Of a stretch of DNA of 64,000 nt, positions 27,601-42,600 are shown piece by piece. Under the pieces are notes generated by a model. It was not told the DNA's origin and searched no databases. It was given only the letters and a program-made list of their open reading frames with translations. The position numbers and the translations under genes were made by a program. The DNA lies in NCBI GenBank assembly GCA_032718475.1, contig JAUCBJ010009107.1, forward strand, positions 1-64,000. The letters run 5' to 3'. Source of the DNA: Nemertoderma westbladi (lineage: Eukaryota > Animalia > Xenacoelomorpha). Every line of letters starts with the position of its first letter. Within the stretch, counting starts at the first letter, position 1.

Positions 27601-30600
27601 TCCTCGTTATTCTGCCCTCTAGCTATTGCTATTGTTGTATTTTGTATCCGTCCTCGTTATTCTGCCCTCTAGCTATTGTCATGTTGTATTTTGTATCCGT
27701 CCTCGTTATTCTGCCCTCTAGCTATTGCTATGTTGTATTTTGCATCCGTCCTCGTTATTCTGACCTCTAGCTATTGCTATTGTTGTATTTTGTATCCGTC
27801 CTCGTTATTCTGCCCTCTAGCTATTGTCATGTTGTATTTTGTATCCGTCCTCGTTATTCTGCCCTCTAGCTATTGCTATTGTTGTATTTTGCATCCGTCC
27901 TCGTTATTCTGACCTCTAGCTATTGCTATTGTTGTATTTTGCATCCGTCCTCGTTATTCTGCCCTCTAGCTATTGCTATTGTTGTATTTTGTATCCGTCC
28001 TCGTTATTCTGCCCTCTAGCTATTGCTATTGTTGTATTTTGTATCCGTCCTCGTTATTCTGCCCTCTAGCTATTGCTATTGTTGTATTTTGCATCCGTCC
28101 TCGTTATTCTGCCCTCTAGCTATTGCTATTGTTGTATTTTGTATCCGTCCTCGTTATTCTGCCCTCTAGCTATTGCTATTGTTGTATTTTGTATCCGTCC
28201 TCGTTATTCTGCCCTCTAGCTATTGCTATTGTTGTATTTTGCATCCGTCCTCGTTATTCTGCCCTCTAGCTATTGCTATTGTTGTATTTTGCATCCGTCC
28301 TCGTTATTCTGCCCTCTAGCTATTGCTATTGTTGTATTTTGTATCCGTCCTCGTTATTCTGCCCTCTAGCTATTGCCATGTTGTATTTTGTATCCGTCCT
28401 CGTTATTCTGCCCTCTAGCTATTGCTATGTTGTATTTTGCATCCGTCCTCGTTATTCTGCCCTCTAGCTATTGCTATGTTGTATTTTGCATCCGTTCTCG
28501 TTATTCTGCCCTCTAGCTATTGCTATTGTTGTATTTTGCACCCGTCCTCGTTATTCTGCCCTCTAGCTATTGCTATTTTGTATTTTGCATCCGTCCTCAT
28601 TATTCTGCCCTCCAGCTATTGCTATTTTGTATTTTGCATCCGTCCTCGTTATTCTGCCCTATAGCTATTGTTATTGTTGTATTTTGCATCCGTCCTCGTT
28701 ATTCTGCCCTCTAGCTATTGCTATTGTTGTATTTTGCATCCGTCCTCGTTATTCTGCCCTCTAGCTATTGCTATTGTTGTATTTTGTATCCGTCCTCGTT
28801 ATTCTGCCCTCTAGCTATTGCTATTGTTGTATTTTGTATCCGTCCTCGTTATTCTGCCCTCTAGCTATTGCTATTGTTGTATTTTGCATCCGTCCTCGTT
28901 ATTCTGACCTCTAGCTATTGCTATTGTTGTATTTTGTATCCGTCCTCGTTATTCTGCCCTCTAGCTATTGCTATTGTTGTATTTTGTATCCGTCCTCGTT
29001 ATTCTGCCCTCTAGCTATTGCTATTGTTGTATTTTGCATCCGTCTTCGTTATTCTGACCTCTAGCTATTGCTATTGTTGTATTTTGCATCCGTCCTCGTT
29101 ATTCTGCCCTCTAGCTATTGCTATTGTTGTATTTTGTATCCGTCCTCGTTATTCTGCCCTCTAGCTATTGCTATTGTTGTATTTTGTATCCGTCCTCGTT
29201 ATTCTGCCCTCTAGCTATTGCTATTGTTGTATTTTGCATCCGTCCTCGTTATTCTGCCCTCTAGCTATTGCTATTGTTGTATTTTGCATCCGTCCTCGTT
29301 ATTCTGCCCTCTAGCTATTGCTATTGTTGTATTTTGTATCCGTCCTCGTTATTCTGCCCTCTAGCTATTGCTCATGTTGTATTTTGTATCCGTCCTCGTT
29401 ATTCTGCCCTCTAGCTATTGCTATGTTGTATTTTGCATCCGTCCTCGTTATTCTGCCCTCTAGCTATTGCTATGTTGTATTTTGCATCCGTTCTCGTTAT
29501 TCTGCCCTCTAGCTATTGCTATTGTTGTATTTTGCACCCGTCCTCGTTATTCTGCCCTCTAGCTATTGCTATTTTGTATTTTGCATCCGTCCTCATTATT
29601 CTGCCCTCCAGCTATTGCTATTTTGTATTTTGCATCCGTCCTCGTTATTCTGCCCTATAGCTATTGTTATTGTTGTATTTTGCATCCGTCCTCGTTATTC
29701 TGCCCTCTAGCTATTGCTATTGTTGTATTTTGCATCCGCCCTCGTTATTCTGCCCTCTAGCTATTGCTATTGTTGTATTTTGTATCCGTCCTCGTTATTC
29801 TGCCCTATAGCTATTGCTATTGTTGTATTTTGTATCCGTCCTCATTATTCTGCCCTCCAGCTATTGCTATTGTTGTATTTTGCATCCGTTCTCGTTATTC
29901 TGCCCTCTAGCTATTGCTATTGTTGTATTTTGTATCCGTCCTCGTTATTCTGCCCTCTAGCTATTGCTATTGTTGTATTTTGTATCCGTCCTCGTTATTC
30001 TGCCCTCTAGCTATTGCTATTGTTGTATTTTGTATCCGTCCTCGTTATTCTGACCTCTAGCTATTGCTATTGTTGTATTTTGCATCCGTCCTCGTTATTC
30101 TGCCCTCTAGCTATTGCTATTGTTGTATTTTGTATCCGTCCTCGTTATTCTGCCCTCTAGCTATTGCTATTGTTGTATTTTGCATCCGTCTTCGTTATTC
30201 TGACCTCTAGCTATTGCTATTGTTGTATTTTGCATCCGTCCTCGTTATTCTGCCCTCTAGCTATTGCTATTGTTGTATTTTGTATCCGTCCTCGTTATTC
30301 TGCCCTCTAGCTATTGCTATTGTTGTATTTTGTATCCGTCCTCGTTATTCTGCCCTCTAGCTATTGTCATGTTGTATTTTGTATCCGTCCTCGTTATTCT
30401 GCCCTCTAGCTATTGCTATGTTGTATTTTGCATCCGTCCTCGTTATTCTGACCTCTAGCTATTGCTATTGTTGTATTTTGTATCCGTCCTCGTTATTCTG
30501 CCCTCTAGCTATTGTCATGTTGTATTTTGTATCCGTCCTCGTTATTCTGCCCTCTAGCTATTGCTATTGTTGTATTTTGCATCCGTCTTCGTTATTCTGA

Positions 30601-33600
30601 CCTCTAGCTATTGCTATTGTTGTATTTTGCATCCGTCCTCGTTATTCTGCCCTCTAGCTATTGCTATTGTTGTATTTTGTATCCGTCCTCGTTATTCTGC
30701 CCTCTAGCTATTGCTATTGTTGTATTTTGTATCCGTCCTCGTTATTCTGCCCTCTAGCTATTGCTATTGTTGTATTTTGCATCCGTCCTCGTTATTCTGC
30801 CCTCTAGCTATTGCTATTGTTGTATTTTGCATCCGTCCTCGTTATTCTGCCCTCTAGCTATTGCTATTGTTGTATTTTGTATCCGTCCTCGTTATTCTGC
30901 CCTCTAGCTATTGCCATGTTGTATTTTGTATCCGTCCTCGTTATTCTGCCCTCTAGCTATTGCTATGTTGTATTTTGCATCCGTCCTCGTTATTCTGCCC
31001 TCTAGCTATTGCTATGTTGTATTTTGCATCCGTTCTCGTTATTCTGCCCTCTAGCTATTGCTATGTTGTATTTTGCATCCGTTCTCGTTATTCTGCCCTC
31101 TAGCTATTGCTATTGTTGTATTTTGCATCCGTCCTCGTTATTCTGCCCTCTAGCTATTGCTATTGTTGTATTTTGTATCCGTCCTCGTTATTCTGCCCTC
31201 TAGCTATTGCTATTGTTGTATTTTGTATCCGTCCTCGTTATTCTGCCCTCTAGCTATTGTCATGTTGTATTTTGTATCCGTCCTCGTTATTCTGCCCTCT
31301 AGCTATTGCTATGTTGTATTTTGCATCCGTCCTCGTTATTCTGACCTCTAGCTATTGCTATTGTTGTATTTTGTATCCGTCCTCGTTATTCTGCCCTCTA
31401 GCTATTGTCATGTTGTATTTTGTATCCGTCCTCGTTATTCTGCCCTCTAGCTATTGCTATTGTTGTATTTTGCATCCGTCTTCGTTATTCTGACCTCTAG
31501 CTATTGCTATTGTTGTATTTTGCATCCGTCCTCGTTATTCTGCCCTCTAGCTATTGCTATTGTTGTATTTTGTATCCGTCCTCGTTATTCTGCCCTCTAG
31601 CTATTGCTATTGTTGTATTTTGTATCCGTCCTCGTTATTCTGCCCTCTAGCTATTGCTATTGTTGTATTTTGCATCCGTCCTCGTTATTCTGCCCTCTAG
31701 CTATTGCTATTGTTGTATTTTGCATCCGTCCTCGTTATTCTGCCCTCTAGCTATTGCTATTGTTGTATTTTGTATCCGTCCTCGTTATTCTGCCCTCTAG
31801 CTATTGCCATGTTGTATTTTGTATCCGTCCTCGTTATTCTGCCCTCTAGCTATTGCTATGTTGTATTTTGCATCCGTCCTCGTTATTCTGCCCTCTAGCT
31901 ATTGCTATGTTGTATTTTGCATCCGTTCTCGTTATTCTGCCCTCTAGCTATTGCTATTGTTGTATTTTGCACCCGTCCTCGTTATTCTGCCCTCTAGCTA
32001 TTGCTATTTTGTATTTTGCATCCGTCCTCATTATTCTGCCCTCCAGCTATTGCTATTTTGTATTTTGCATCCGTCCTCGTTATTCTGCCCTATAGCTATT
32101 GTTATTGTTGTATTTTGCATCCGTCCTCGTTATTCTGCCCTCTAGCTATTGCTATTGTTGTATTTTGCATCCGCCCTCGTTATTCTGCCCTCTAGCTATT
32201 GCTATTGTTGTATTTTGTATCCGTCCTCGTTATTCTGCCCTCTATCTATTGCTATTGTTGTATTTTGCATCCGTCCTCGTTATTCTGCCCTCTAGCTATT
32301 GCTATTTTGTATTTGGCATCCGTCCTCATTATTCTGCCCTCTAGCTATTGCTATTGTTGTATTTTGCATCCGTCCTCGTTATTCTGCCCTCTAGCTATTG
32401 CTATTGTTGTATTTTGTATCCGTCCTCGTTATTCTGCCCTATAGCTATTGGTATTGTTGTATTTTGTATCCGTCCTCGTTATTCTGCCCTCTAGCTATTG
32501 CTATTTTGTATTTTGTATCCGTCCTCGTTATTCTGCCCTCTAGCTAATTGCTATTTTGTATTTTGCATCCGTCCTCGTTATTCTGCCCTCTAGCTATTGC
32601 TATTGTTGTATTTTGTATCCGTCCTCGTTATTCTGACCTCTAGCTATTGCTATTGTTGTATTTTGCATCCGTCCTCGTTATTCTGCCCTCTAGCTATTGC
32701 TATTGTTGTATTTTGCATCCGTCCTCGTTATTCTGCCCTCTAGCTATTGCTATGTTGTATTTTGCATCCGTCCTCGTTATTCTGCCCTCTAGCTATTGCT
32801 ATGTTGTATTTTGCATCCGTCCTCGTTATTCTGCCCTCTAGCTATTGCTATGTTGTATTTTGTATCCGTCCTCGTTATTCTGCCCTCTAGCTATTGCTAT
32901 GTTGTATTTTGCATCCGTCCTCGTTATTCTGCCCTCTAGCTATTGCTATGTTGTATTTTGCATCCGTCCTCGTTATTCTGCCCTCTAGCTATTGCTATGT
33001 TGTATTTTGCATCCGTCCTCGTTATTCTGCCCTCTAGCTATTGCTATGTTGTATTTTGCATCCGTCCTCATTATTCTGCCCTCCAGCTATTGCTATTGTT
33101 GTATTTTGCATCCGTTCTCGTTATTCTGCCCTCTAGCTATTGCTATTGTTGTATTTTGTATCCGTCCTCGTTATTCTGCCCTCTAGCTATTGCTATTGTT
33201 GTATTTTGTATCCGTCCTCGTTATTCTGCCCTCTAGCTATTGCTATTGTTGTATTTTGTATCCGTCCTCGTTATTCTGACCTCTAGCTATTACTATTGTT
33301 GTATTTTGCATCCGTCCTCGTTATTCTGCCCTCTAGCTATTGCTATGTTGTATTTTGCATCCGTCCTCGTTATTCTGCCCTCTAGCTATTGCTATTGTTG
33401 TATTTTGTATCCGTCCTCGTTATTCTGACCTCTAGCTATTGCTATTGTTGTATTTTGCATCCGTCCTCGTTATTCTGCCCTCTAGCTATTGCTATTGTTG
33501 TATTTTGCATCCGTCCTCGTTATTCTGCCCTCTAGCTATTGCTATTGTTGTATTTTGCATCCGTCCTCGTTATTCTTCCCTCTAGCTATTGCTATTGTTG

Positions 33601-36600
33601 TATTTTGCATCCGTCCTCGTTATTCTGCCCTCTAGCTATTGCTATGTTGTATTTTGCATCCGTCCTCGTTATTCTGCCCTCTAGCTATTGCTATGTTGTA
33701 TTTTGCATCCGTCCTCGTTATTCTGCCCTCTAGCTATTGCTATGTTGTATTTTGCATCCGTCCTCGTTATTCTGCCCTCTAGCTATTGCTATGTTGTATT
33801 TTGCATCCGTCCTCGTTATTCTGCCCTCTAGCTATTGCTATTGTTGTATTTTGTATCCGTCCTCGTTATTCTGACCTCTAGCTATTGCTATTGTTGTATT
33901 TTGCATCCGTCCTCGTTATTCTGCCCTCTAGCTATTGCTATTGTTGTATTTTGCATCCGTCCTCGTTATTCTGCCCTCTAGCTATTGCTATTGTTGTATT
34001 TTGCATCCGTCCTCGTTATTCTGCCCTCTAGCTATTGCTATTGTTGTATTTTGCATCCGTCCTCGTTATTCTGCCCTCTAGCTATTGCTATGTTGTATTT
34101 TGCATCCGTCCTCGTTATTCTGCCCTCTAGCTATTGCTATGTTGTATTTTGCATCCGTCCTCGTTATTCTGCCCTCTAGCTATTGCTATGTTGTATTTTG
34201 CATCCGTCCTCGTTATTCTGCCCTCTAGCTATTGCTATGTTGTATTTTGCATCCGTCCTCGTTATTCTGCCCTCCAGCTATTGCTATTGTTGTATTTTGC
34301 ATCCGTTCTCGTTATTCTGCCCTCTAGCTATTGCTATTGTTGTATTTTGTATCCGTCCTCGTTATTCTGCCCTCTAGCTATTGCTATTGTTGTATTTTGT
34401 ATCCGTCCTCGTTATTCTGCCCTCTAGCTATTGCTATTGTTGTATTTTGTATCCGTCCTCGTTATTCTGACCTCTAGCTATTGCTATTGTTGTATTTTGC
34501 ATCCGTCCTCGTTATTCTGCCCTCTAGCTATTGCTATTGTTGTATTTTGCATCCGTCCTCGTTATTCTGCCCTCTAGCTATTGCTATTGTTGTATTTTGC
34601 ATCCGTCCTCGTTATTCTGCCCTCTAGCTATTGCTATTGTTGTATTTTGCATCCGTCCTCGTTATTCTGCCCTCTAGCTATTGCTATTGTTGTATTTTGT
34701 ATCCGTCCTCGTTATTCTGCCCTCTAGCTATTGCTATTGTTGTATTTTGCATCCGTCCTCGTTATTCTGCCCTCTAGCTATTGCTATTGTTGTATTTTGC
34801 ATCCGTCCTCGTTATTCTGCCCTCTAGCTATTGCTATTGTTGTATTTTGCATCCGTCTCGTTATTCTGACCTCTAGCTATTGCTATTGTTGTATTTTGCA
34901 TCCGTCCTCGTTATTCTGACCTCTAGCTATTGCTATTGTTGTATTTTGCATCCGTCCTCGTTATTCTGCCCTCTAGCTATTGCTATTGTTGTATTTTGTA
35001 TCCGTCCTCGTTATTCTGACCTCTAGCTATTGCTATTGTTGTATTTTGTATCCGTCCTCGTTATTCTGCCCTCTAGCTATTGCTATTGTTGTATTTTGCA
35101 TCCGTCCTCGTTATTCTGCCCTCTAGCTATTGCTATTGTTGTATTTTGTATCCGTCCTCGTTATTCTGACCTCTAGCTATTGCTATTGTTGTATTTTGCA
35201 TCCGTCCTCGTTATTCTGCCCTCTAGCTATTGCTATTGTTGTATTTTGCATCCGTCCTCGTTATTCTGCCCTCTAGCTATTGCTATTGTTGTATTTTGTA
35301 TCCGTCCTCGTTATTCTGACCTCTAGCTATTGCTATTGTTGTATTTTGCATCCGTCCTCGTTATTCTGCCCTCTAGCTATTGCTATTGTTGTATTTTGCA
35401 TCCGTCCTCGTTATTCTGCCCTCTAGCTATTGCTATTGTTGTATTTTGCATCCGTCCTCGTTATTCTGCCCTCTAGCTATTGCTATTGTTGTATTTTGCA
35501 TCCGTCCTCGTTATTCTGCCCTCTAGCTATTGCTATTGTTGTATTTTGTATCCGTCCTCGTTATTCTGCCCTCTAGCTATTGCTATTGTTGTATTTTGCA
35601 TCCGTCCTCGTTATTCTGACCTCTAGCTATTGCTATTGTTGTATTTTGCATCCGTCTTCGTTATTCTGCCCTCTAGCTATTGCTATTGTTGTATTTTGCA
35701 TCCGTCTTCGTTATTCTGACCTCTAGCTATTGCTATTGTTGTATTTTGCATCCGTCCTCGTTATTCTGACCTCTAGCTATTACTATTGTTGTATTTTGCA
35801 TCCGTCCTCGTTATTCTGCCCTCTAGCTATTGCTATTGTTGTATTTTGTATCCGTCCTCGTTATTCTGACCTCTAGCTATTGCTATTGTTGTATTTTGTA
35901 TCCGTCCTCGTTATTCTGCCCTCTAGCTATTGCTATTGTTGTATTTTGCATCCGTCCTCGTTATTCTGCCCTCTAGCTATTGCTATTGTTGTATTTTGTA
36001 TCCGTCCTCGTTATTCTGCCCTCTAGCTATTGCTATTGTTGTATTTTGTATCCGTCCTCGTTATTCTGCCCTCTAGCTATTGTCATGTTGTATTTTGTAT
36101 CCGTCCTCGTTATTCTGCCCTCTAGCTATTGCTATGTTGTATTTTGCATCCGTCCTCGTTATTCTGACCTCTAGCTATTGCTATTGTTGTATTTTGCATC
36201 CGTCCTCGTTATTCTGCCCTCTAGCTATTGCTATTGTTGTATTTTGCATCCGTCCTCGTTATTCTGCCCTCTAGCTATTGCTATGTTGTATTTTGCATCC
36301 GTCCTCGTTATTCTGCCCTCTAGCTATTGCTATGTTGTATTTTGCATCCGTTCTCGTTATTCTGCCCTCTAGCTATTGCTATTGTTGTATTTTGCATCCG
36401 TCCTCGTTATTCTGCCCTCTAGCTATTGCTATTTTGTATTTTGCATCCGTCCTCATTATTCTGCCCTCCAGCTATTGCTATTTTGTATTTTGCATCCGTC
36501 CTCGTTATTCTGCCCTATAGCTATTGTTATTGTTGTATTTTGCATCCGTCCTCGTTATTCTGCCCTCTAGCTATTGCTATTGTTGTATTTTGCATCCGCC

Positions 36601-39600
36601 CTCGTTATTCTGCCCTCTAGCTATTGCTATTGTTGTATTTTGTATCCGTCCTCGTTATTCTGCCCTCTAGCTATTGCTATTGTTGTATTTTGCATCCGTC
36701 CTCGTTATTCTGCCCTCTAGCTATTGCTATTTTGTATTTTGCATCCGTCCTCGTTATTCTGCCCTCTAGCTATTGCTATTGTTGTATTTTGTATCCGTCC
36801 TCGTTATTCTGCCCTCTAGCTATTGCTATTTTGTATTTTGCATCCGTCCTCATTATTCTGCCCTCTAGCTATTGCTATTGTTGTATTTTGCATCCGTCCT
36901 CGTTATTCTGCCCTCTAGCTATTGCTATTGTTGTATTTTGTATCCGTCCTCGTTATTCTGCCCTATAGCTATTGCTATTGTTGTATTTTGTATCCGTCCT
37001 CGTTATTCTGCCCTCTAGCTATTGCTATTTTGTATTTTGTATCCGTCCTCGTTATTCTGCCCTCTAGCTATTGCTATTTTGTATTTTGCATCCGTCCTCG
37101 TTATTCTGCCCTCTAGCTATTGCTATTTTGTATTTTGCATCCGTCCTCGTTATTCTGCCCTCTAGCTATTGCTATTGTTGTATTTTGCATCCGTCCTCGT
37201 TATTCTGCCCTCTAGCTATTGCCATGTTGTATTTTGTATCCGTCCTCGTTATTCTACCCTCTAGCTATTGCTATTTTGTATTTTGTATCCGTCCTCGTTA
37301 TTCTGCCCTCTAGCTATTGCTATTTTGTATTTTGCATCCGTCCTCGTTATTCTGCCCTCTAGCTATTGCTATTTTGTATTTTGCATCCGTCCTCGTTATT
37401 CTGCCCTCTAGCTATTGCTATTGTTGTATTTTGTATCCGTCCTCGTTATTCTGCCCTCTAGCTATTGCTATTGTTGTATTTTGTATCCGTCCTCGTTATT
37501 CTGCCCTCTAGCTATTGCTATTTTGTATTTTGCATCCGTCCTCGTTATTCTGCCCTATAGCTATTGCTATTGTTGTATTTTGCATCCGTCCTCGTTATTC
37601 TGCCCTCTAGCTATTGCTATGTTGTATTTTGTATCCGTCCTCGTTATTCTGACCTCTAGCTATTGCTATTGTTGTATTTTGCATCCGTCCTCGTTATTCT
37701 GCCCTCTAGCTATTGCTATTGTTGTATTTTGCATCCGTCCTCGTTATTCTGCCCTCTAGCTATTGCTATTGTTGTATTTTGCATCCGTCCTCGTTATTCT
37801 GCCCTCTAGCTATTGCTATTGTTGTATTTTGCATCCGTCCTCGTTATTCTGCCCTCTAGCTATTGCTATGTTGTATTTTGCATCCGTCCTCGTTATTCTG
37901 CCCTCTAGCTATTGCTATGTTGTATTTTGCATCCGTCCTCGTTATTCTGCCCTCTAGCTATTGCTATGTTGTACTTTGCATCCGTCCTCGTTATTCTGCC
38001 CTCTAGCTATTGCTATGTTGTATTTTGCATCCGTCCTCATTATTCTGCCCTCCAGCTATTGCTATTGTTGTATTTTGCATCCGTTCTCGTTATTCTGCCC
38101 TCTAGCTATTGCTATTGTTGTATTTTGTATCCGTCCTCGTTATTCTGCCCTCTAGCTATTGCTATTGTTGTATTTTGCATCCGTCCTCGTTATTCTGCCC
38201 TCTAGCTATTGCTATTGTTGTATTTTGTATCCGTTCTCGTTATTCTGCCCTCTAGCTATTGCTATTGTTGTATTTTGTATCCGTCCTCGTTATTCTGCCC
38301 TCTAGCTATTGCTATTGTTGTATTTTGTATCCGTCCTCGTTATTCTGCCCTATAGCTATTGCTATTGTTGTATTTTGTATCCGTCCTCGTTATTCTGCCC
38401 TCTAGCTATTGCTATTGTTGTATTTTGTATCCGTCCTCGTTATTCTGCCCTCTAGCTATTGCTATTGTTGTATTTTGTATCCGTCCTCGTTATTCTGCCC
38501 TATAGCTATTGCTATTGTTGTATTTTGTATCCGTCCTCGTTATTCTGCCCTCTAGCTATTGCTATTGTTGTATTTTGCATCCGTCCTCGTTATTCTGCCC
38601 TCTAGCTATTGTCATGTTGTATTTTGTATCCGTCCTCGTTATTCTGCCCTCTAGCTATTGCTATTGTTGTATTTTGTATCCGTCCTCGTTATTCTGCCCT
38701 ATAGCTATTGCTATTGTTGTATTTTGTATCCGTCCTCGTTATTCTGCCCTCTAGCTATTGCTATTGTTGTATTTTGCATCCGTCCTCGTTATTCTGCCCT
38801 CTAGCTATTGCTATTGTTGTATTTTGCATCCGTCCTCGTTATTCTGCCCTCTAGCTATTGCTATTGTTGTATTTTGTATCCGTCCTCGTTATTCTGCCCT
38901 ATAGCTATTGCTATTGTTGTATTTTGTATCCGTCCTCGTTATTCTGCCCTCTAGCTATTGCTATTGTTGTATTTTGCATCCGTCCTCGTTATTCTGCCCT
39001 CTAGCTATTGCTATTGTTGTATTTTGCATCCGTCCTCGTTATTCTGCCCTCTAGCTATTGCTATTGTTGTATTTTGTATCCGTCCTCGTTATTCTGCCCT
39101 CTAGCTATTGCTATTGTTGTATTTTGTATCCGTCCTCGTTATTCTGCCCTCTAGCTATTGCTATTGTTGTATTTTGTATCCGTCCTCGTTATTCTGCCCT
39201 CTAGCTATTGCTATTGTTGTATTTTGTATCCGTCCTCGTTATTCTGCCCTATAGCTATTGATTGCTATTGTTGTATTTTGTATCCGTCCTCGTTATTCTG
39301 CCCTCTAGCTATTGCTATTGTTGTATTTTGTATCCGTCCTCGTTATTCTGCCCTCTAGCTATTGCTATTGTTGTATTTTGTATCCGTCCTCGTTATTCTG
39401 CCCTCTAGCTATTGCTATTGTTGTATTTTGCATCCGTCCTCGTTATTCTGCCCTCTAGCTATTGCTATTGTTGTATTTTGTATCCGTCCTCGTTATTCTG
39501 CCCTCTAGCTATTGTCATGTTGTATTTTGTATCCGTCCTCGTTATTCTGCCCTCTAGCTATTGCTATTGTTGTATTTTGTATCCGTCCTCGTTATTCTGC

Positions 39601-42600
39601 CCTATAGCTATTGCTATTGTTGTATTTTGTATCCGTCCTCGTTATTCTGCCCTCTAGCTATTGCTATTGTTGTATTTTGCATCCGTCCTCGTTATTCTGC
39701 CCTCTAGCTATTGCTATTGTTGTATTTTGCATCCGTCCTCGTTATTCTGCCCTCTAGCTATTGCTATTGTTGTATTTTGTATCCGTCCTCGTTATTCTGC
39801 CCTATAGCTATTGCTATTGTTGTATTTTGTATCCGTCCTCGTTATTCTGCCCTCTAGCTATTGCTATTGTTGTATTTTGTATCCGTCCTCGTTATTCTGC
39901 CCTCTAGCTATTGCTATTGTTGTATTTTGCATCCGTCCTCGTTATTCTGCCCTCTAGCTATTGCTATTGTTGTATTTTGTATCCGTCCTCGTTATTCTGC
40001 CCTCTAGCTATTGCTATTGTTGTATTTTGTATCCGTCCTCGTTATTCTGCCCTCTAGCTATTGCTATTGTTGTATTTTGCATCCGTCCTCGTTATTCTGC
40101 CCTCTAGCTATTGCTATTGTTGTATTTTGTATCCGTCCTCGTTATTCTGCCCTCTAGCTATTGCTATGTTGTATTTTGCATCCGTTCTCGTTATTCTGCC
40201 CTCTAGCTATTGCTATTGTTGTATTTTGTATCCGTCCTCGTTATTCTGCCCTATAGCTATTGCTATTGTTGTATTTTGTATCCCTCCTCGTTATTCTGCC
40301 CTCTAGCTATTGCTATTGTTGTATTTTGCATCCGTCCTCGTTATTCTGACCTCTAGCTATTGCTATTGTTGTATTTTGTATCCGTCCTCGTTATTCTGAC
40401 CTCTAGCTATTGCTATTGTTGTATTTTGCATCCGTCCTCGTTATTCTGCCCTCTAGCTATTGCTATTGTTGTATTTTGCATCCGTCCTCGTTATTCTGCC
40501 CTCTAGCTATTGCTATTGTTGTATTTTGTATCCGTCCTCGTTATTCTGCCCTCTAGCTATTGCTATTGTTGTATTTTGCATCCGTCCTCGTTATTCTGCC
40601 CTCTAGCTATTGCTATTGTTGTATTTTGCATCCGTCCTCGTTATTCTGCCCTCTAGCTATTGCTATTGTTGTATTTTGTATCCGTCCTCGTTATTCTGCC
40701 CTCTAGCTATTGCTATTTTGTATTTTGCATCCGTCCTCGTTATTCTGCCCTCTAGCTATTGCTATTGTTGTATTTTGCATCCGTCCTCGTTATTCTGCCC
40801 TCTAGCTATTGCTATTGTTGTATTTTGCATCCGTCCTCGTTATTCTGCCCTCTAGCTATTGCTATTGTTGTATTTTGTATCCGTCCTCGTTATTCTGACC
40901 TCTAGCTATTGCTATTGTTGTATTTTGCATCCGTCCTCGTTATTCTGCCCTCTAGCTATTGCTATTGTTGTATTTTGTATCCGTCCTCGTTATTCTGCCC
41001 TCTAGCTATTGCTATTGTTGTATTTTGCATCCGCCCTCGTTATTCTGCCTTCTAGCTATTGCTATGTTGTATTTTGCATCCGTCCTCGTTATTCTGACCT
41101 CTAGCTATTGTCATGTTGTATTTTGTATTTGTCCAGTTGTCCTCGTTATTCTGCCCTCTAGCTATTGCTATTTTGTATTTTGCATCCGTCCTCGTTATTC
41201 TGCCCTCTAGCTATTGCTATTGTTGTATTTTGCATCCGTCCTCGTTATTCTGCCCTCTAGCTATTGTTATTGTTGTATTTTGTATCCGTCCTCGTTATTC
41301 TGCCCTCTAGCTATTGCTATGTTGTATTTTGCATCCGTCCTCGTTATTCTTCCCTCTAGCTATTGCTATTGTTGTATTTTGTATTTGTCCAGTTGTCCTC
41401 GTTATTCTGCCCTCTAGCTATTGCTATTTTGTATTTTGCATCCGCCCTCGTTATTCTGCCCTCTAGCTATTGCTATGTTGTATTTTGCATCCGTCCTCGT
41501 TATTCTGACCTCTAGCTATTGTCATGTTGTATTTTGTATTTGTCCAGTTGTCCTCGTTATTCTGCCCTCTAGCTATTGCTATTGTTGTATTTTGTATCCG
41601 TCCTCGTTATTCTGCCCTCTAGCTATTGCTATTTTGTATTTGTCCAGTTGTCCTCGTTATTCTGCCCTCTAGCTATTGCTATTGTTGTATTTTGCATCCG
41701 CCCTCGTTATTCTGCCCTCTAGCTATTGCTATTGTTGTATTTTGTATCCGTCCTCGTTATTCTGCCCTCTAGCTATTGCTATTTTGTATTTTGCATCCGT
41801 CCTCGTTATTCTGACCTCTAGCTATTGTCATGTTGTATTTTGTATTTGTCCAGTTGTCCTCGTTATTCTGCCCTCTAGCTATTGCTATTTTGTATTTTGC
41901 ATCCGCCCTCGTTATTCTGCCCTCTAGCTATTGCTATTGTTGTATTTTGCATCCGTCCTCGTTATTCTGCCCTCTAGCTATTGCTATTTTGTATTTGGCA
42001 TCCGTCCTCATTATTCTGCCCTCTAGCTATTGCTATTGTTGTATTTTGCATCCGTCCTCGTTATTCTGCCCTCTAGCTATTGCTATTGTTGTATTTTGCA
42101 TCCGTCCTCGTTATTCTGCCCTCTAGCTATTGCTATTGTTGTATTTTGTATCCGTCCTCGTTATTCTGCCCTCTAGCTATTGCTATTGTTGTATTTTGCA
42201 TCCGCCCTCGTTATTCTGCCCTCTAGCTATTGCTATTGTTGTATTTTGCATCCGTCCTCGTTATTCTGCCCTCTAGCTATTGCTATTTTGTATTTTGCAT
42301 CCGTCCTCGTTATTCTGCCCTCTAGCTATTGCTATTTTGTATTTGGCATCCGTCCTCATTATTCTGCCCTCTAGCTATTGCTATTGTTGTATTTTGCATC
42401 CGTCCTCGTTATTCTGCCCTCTAGCTATTGCTATTGTTGTATTTTGCATCCGTCCTCGTTATTCTGCCCTATAGCTATTGCTATTGTTGTATTTTGCATC
42501 CGTCCTCGTTATTCTGCCCTCTAGCTATTGCTATTGTTGTATTTTGCATCCGTCCTCGTTATTCTGCCCTCTAGCTATTGCTATTGTTGTATTTTGCATC

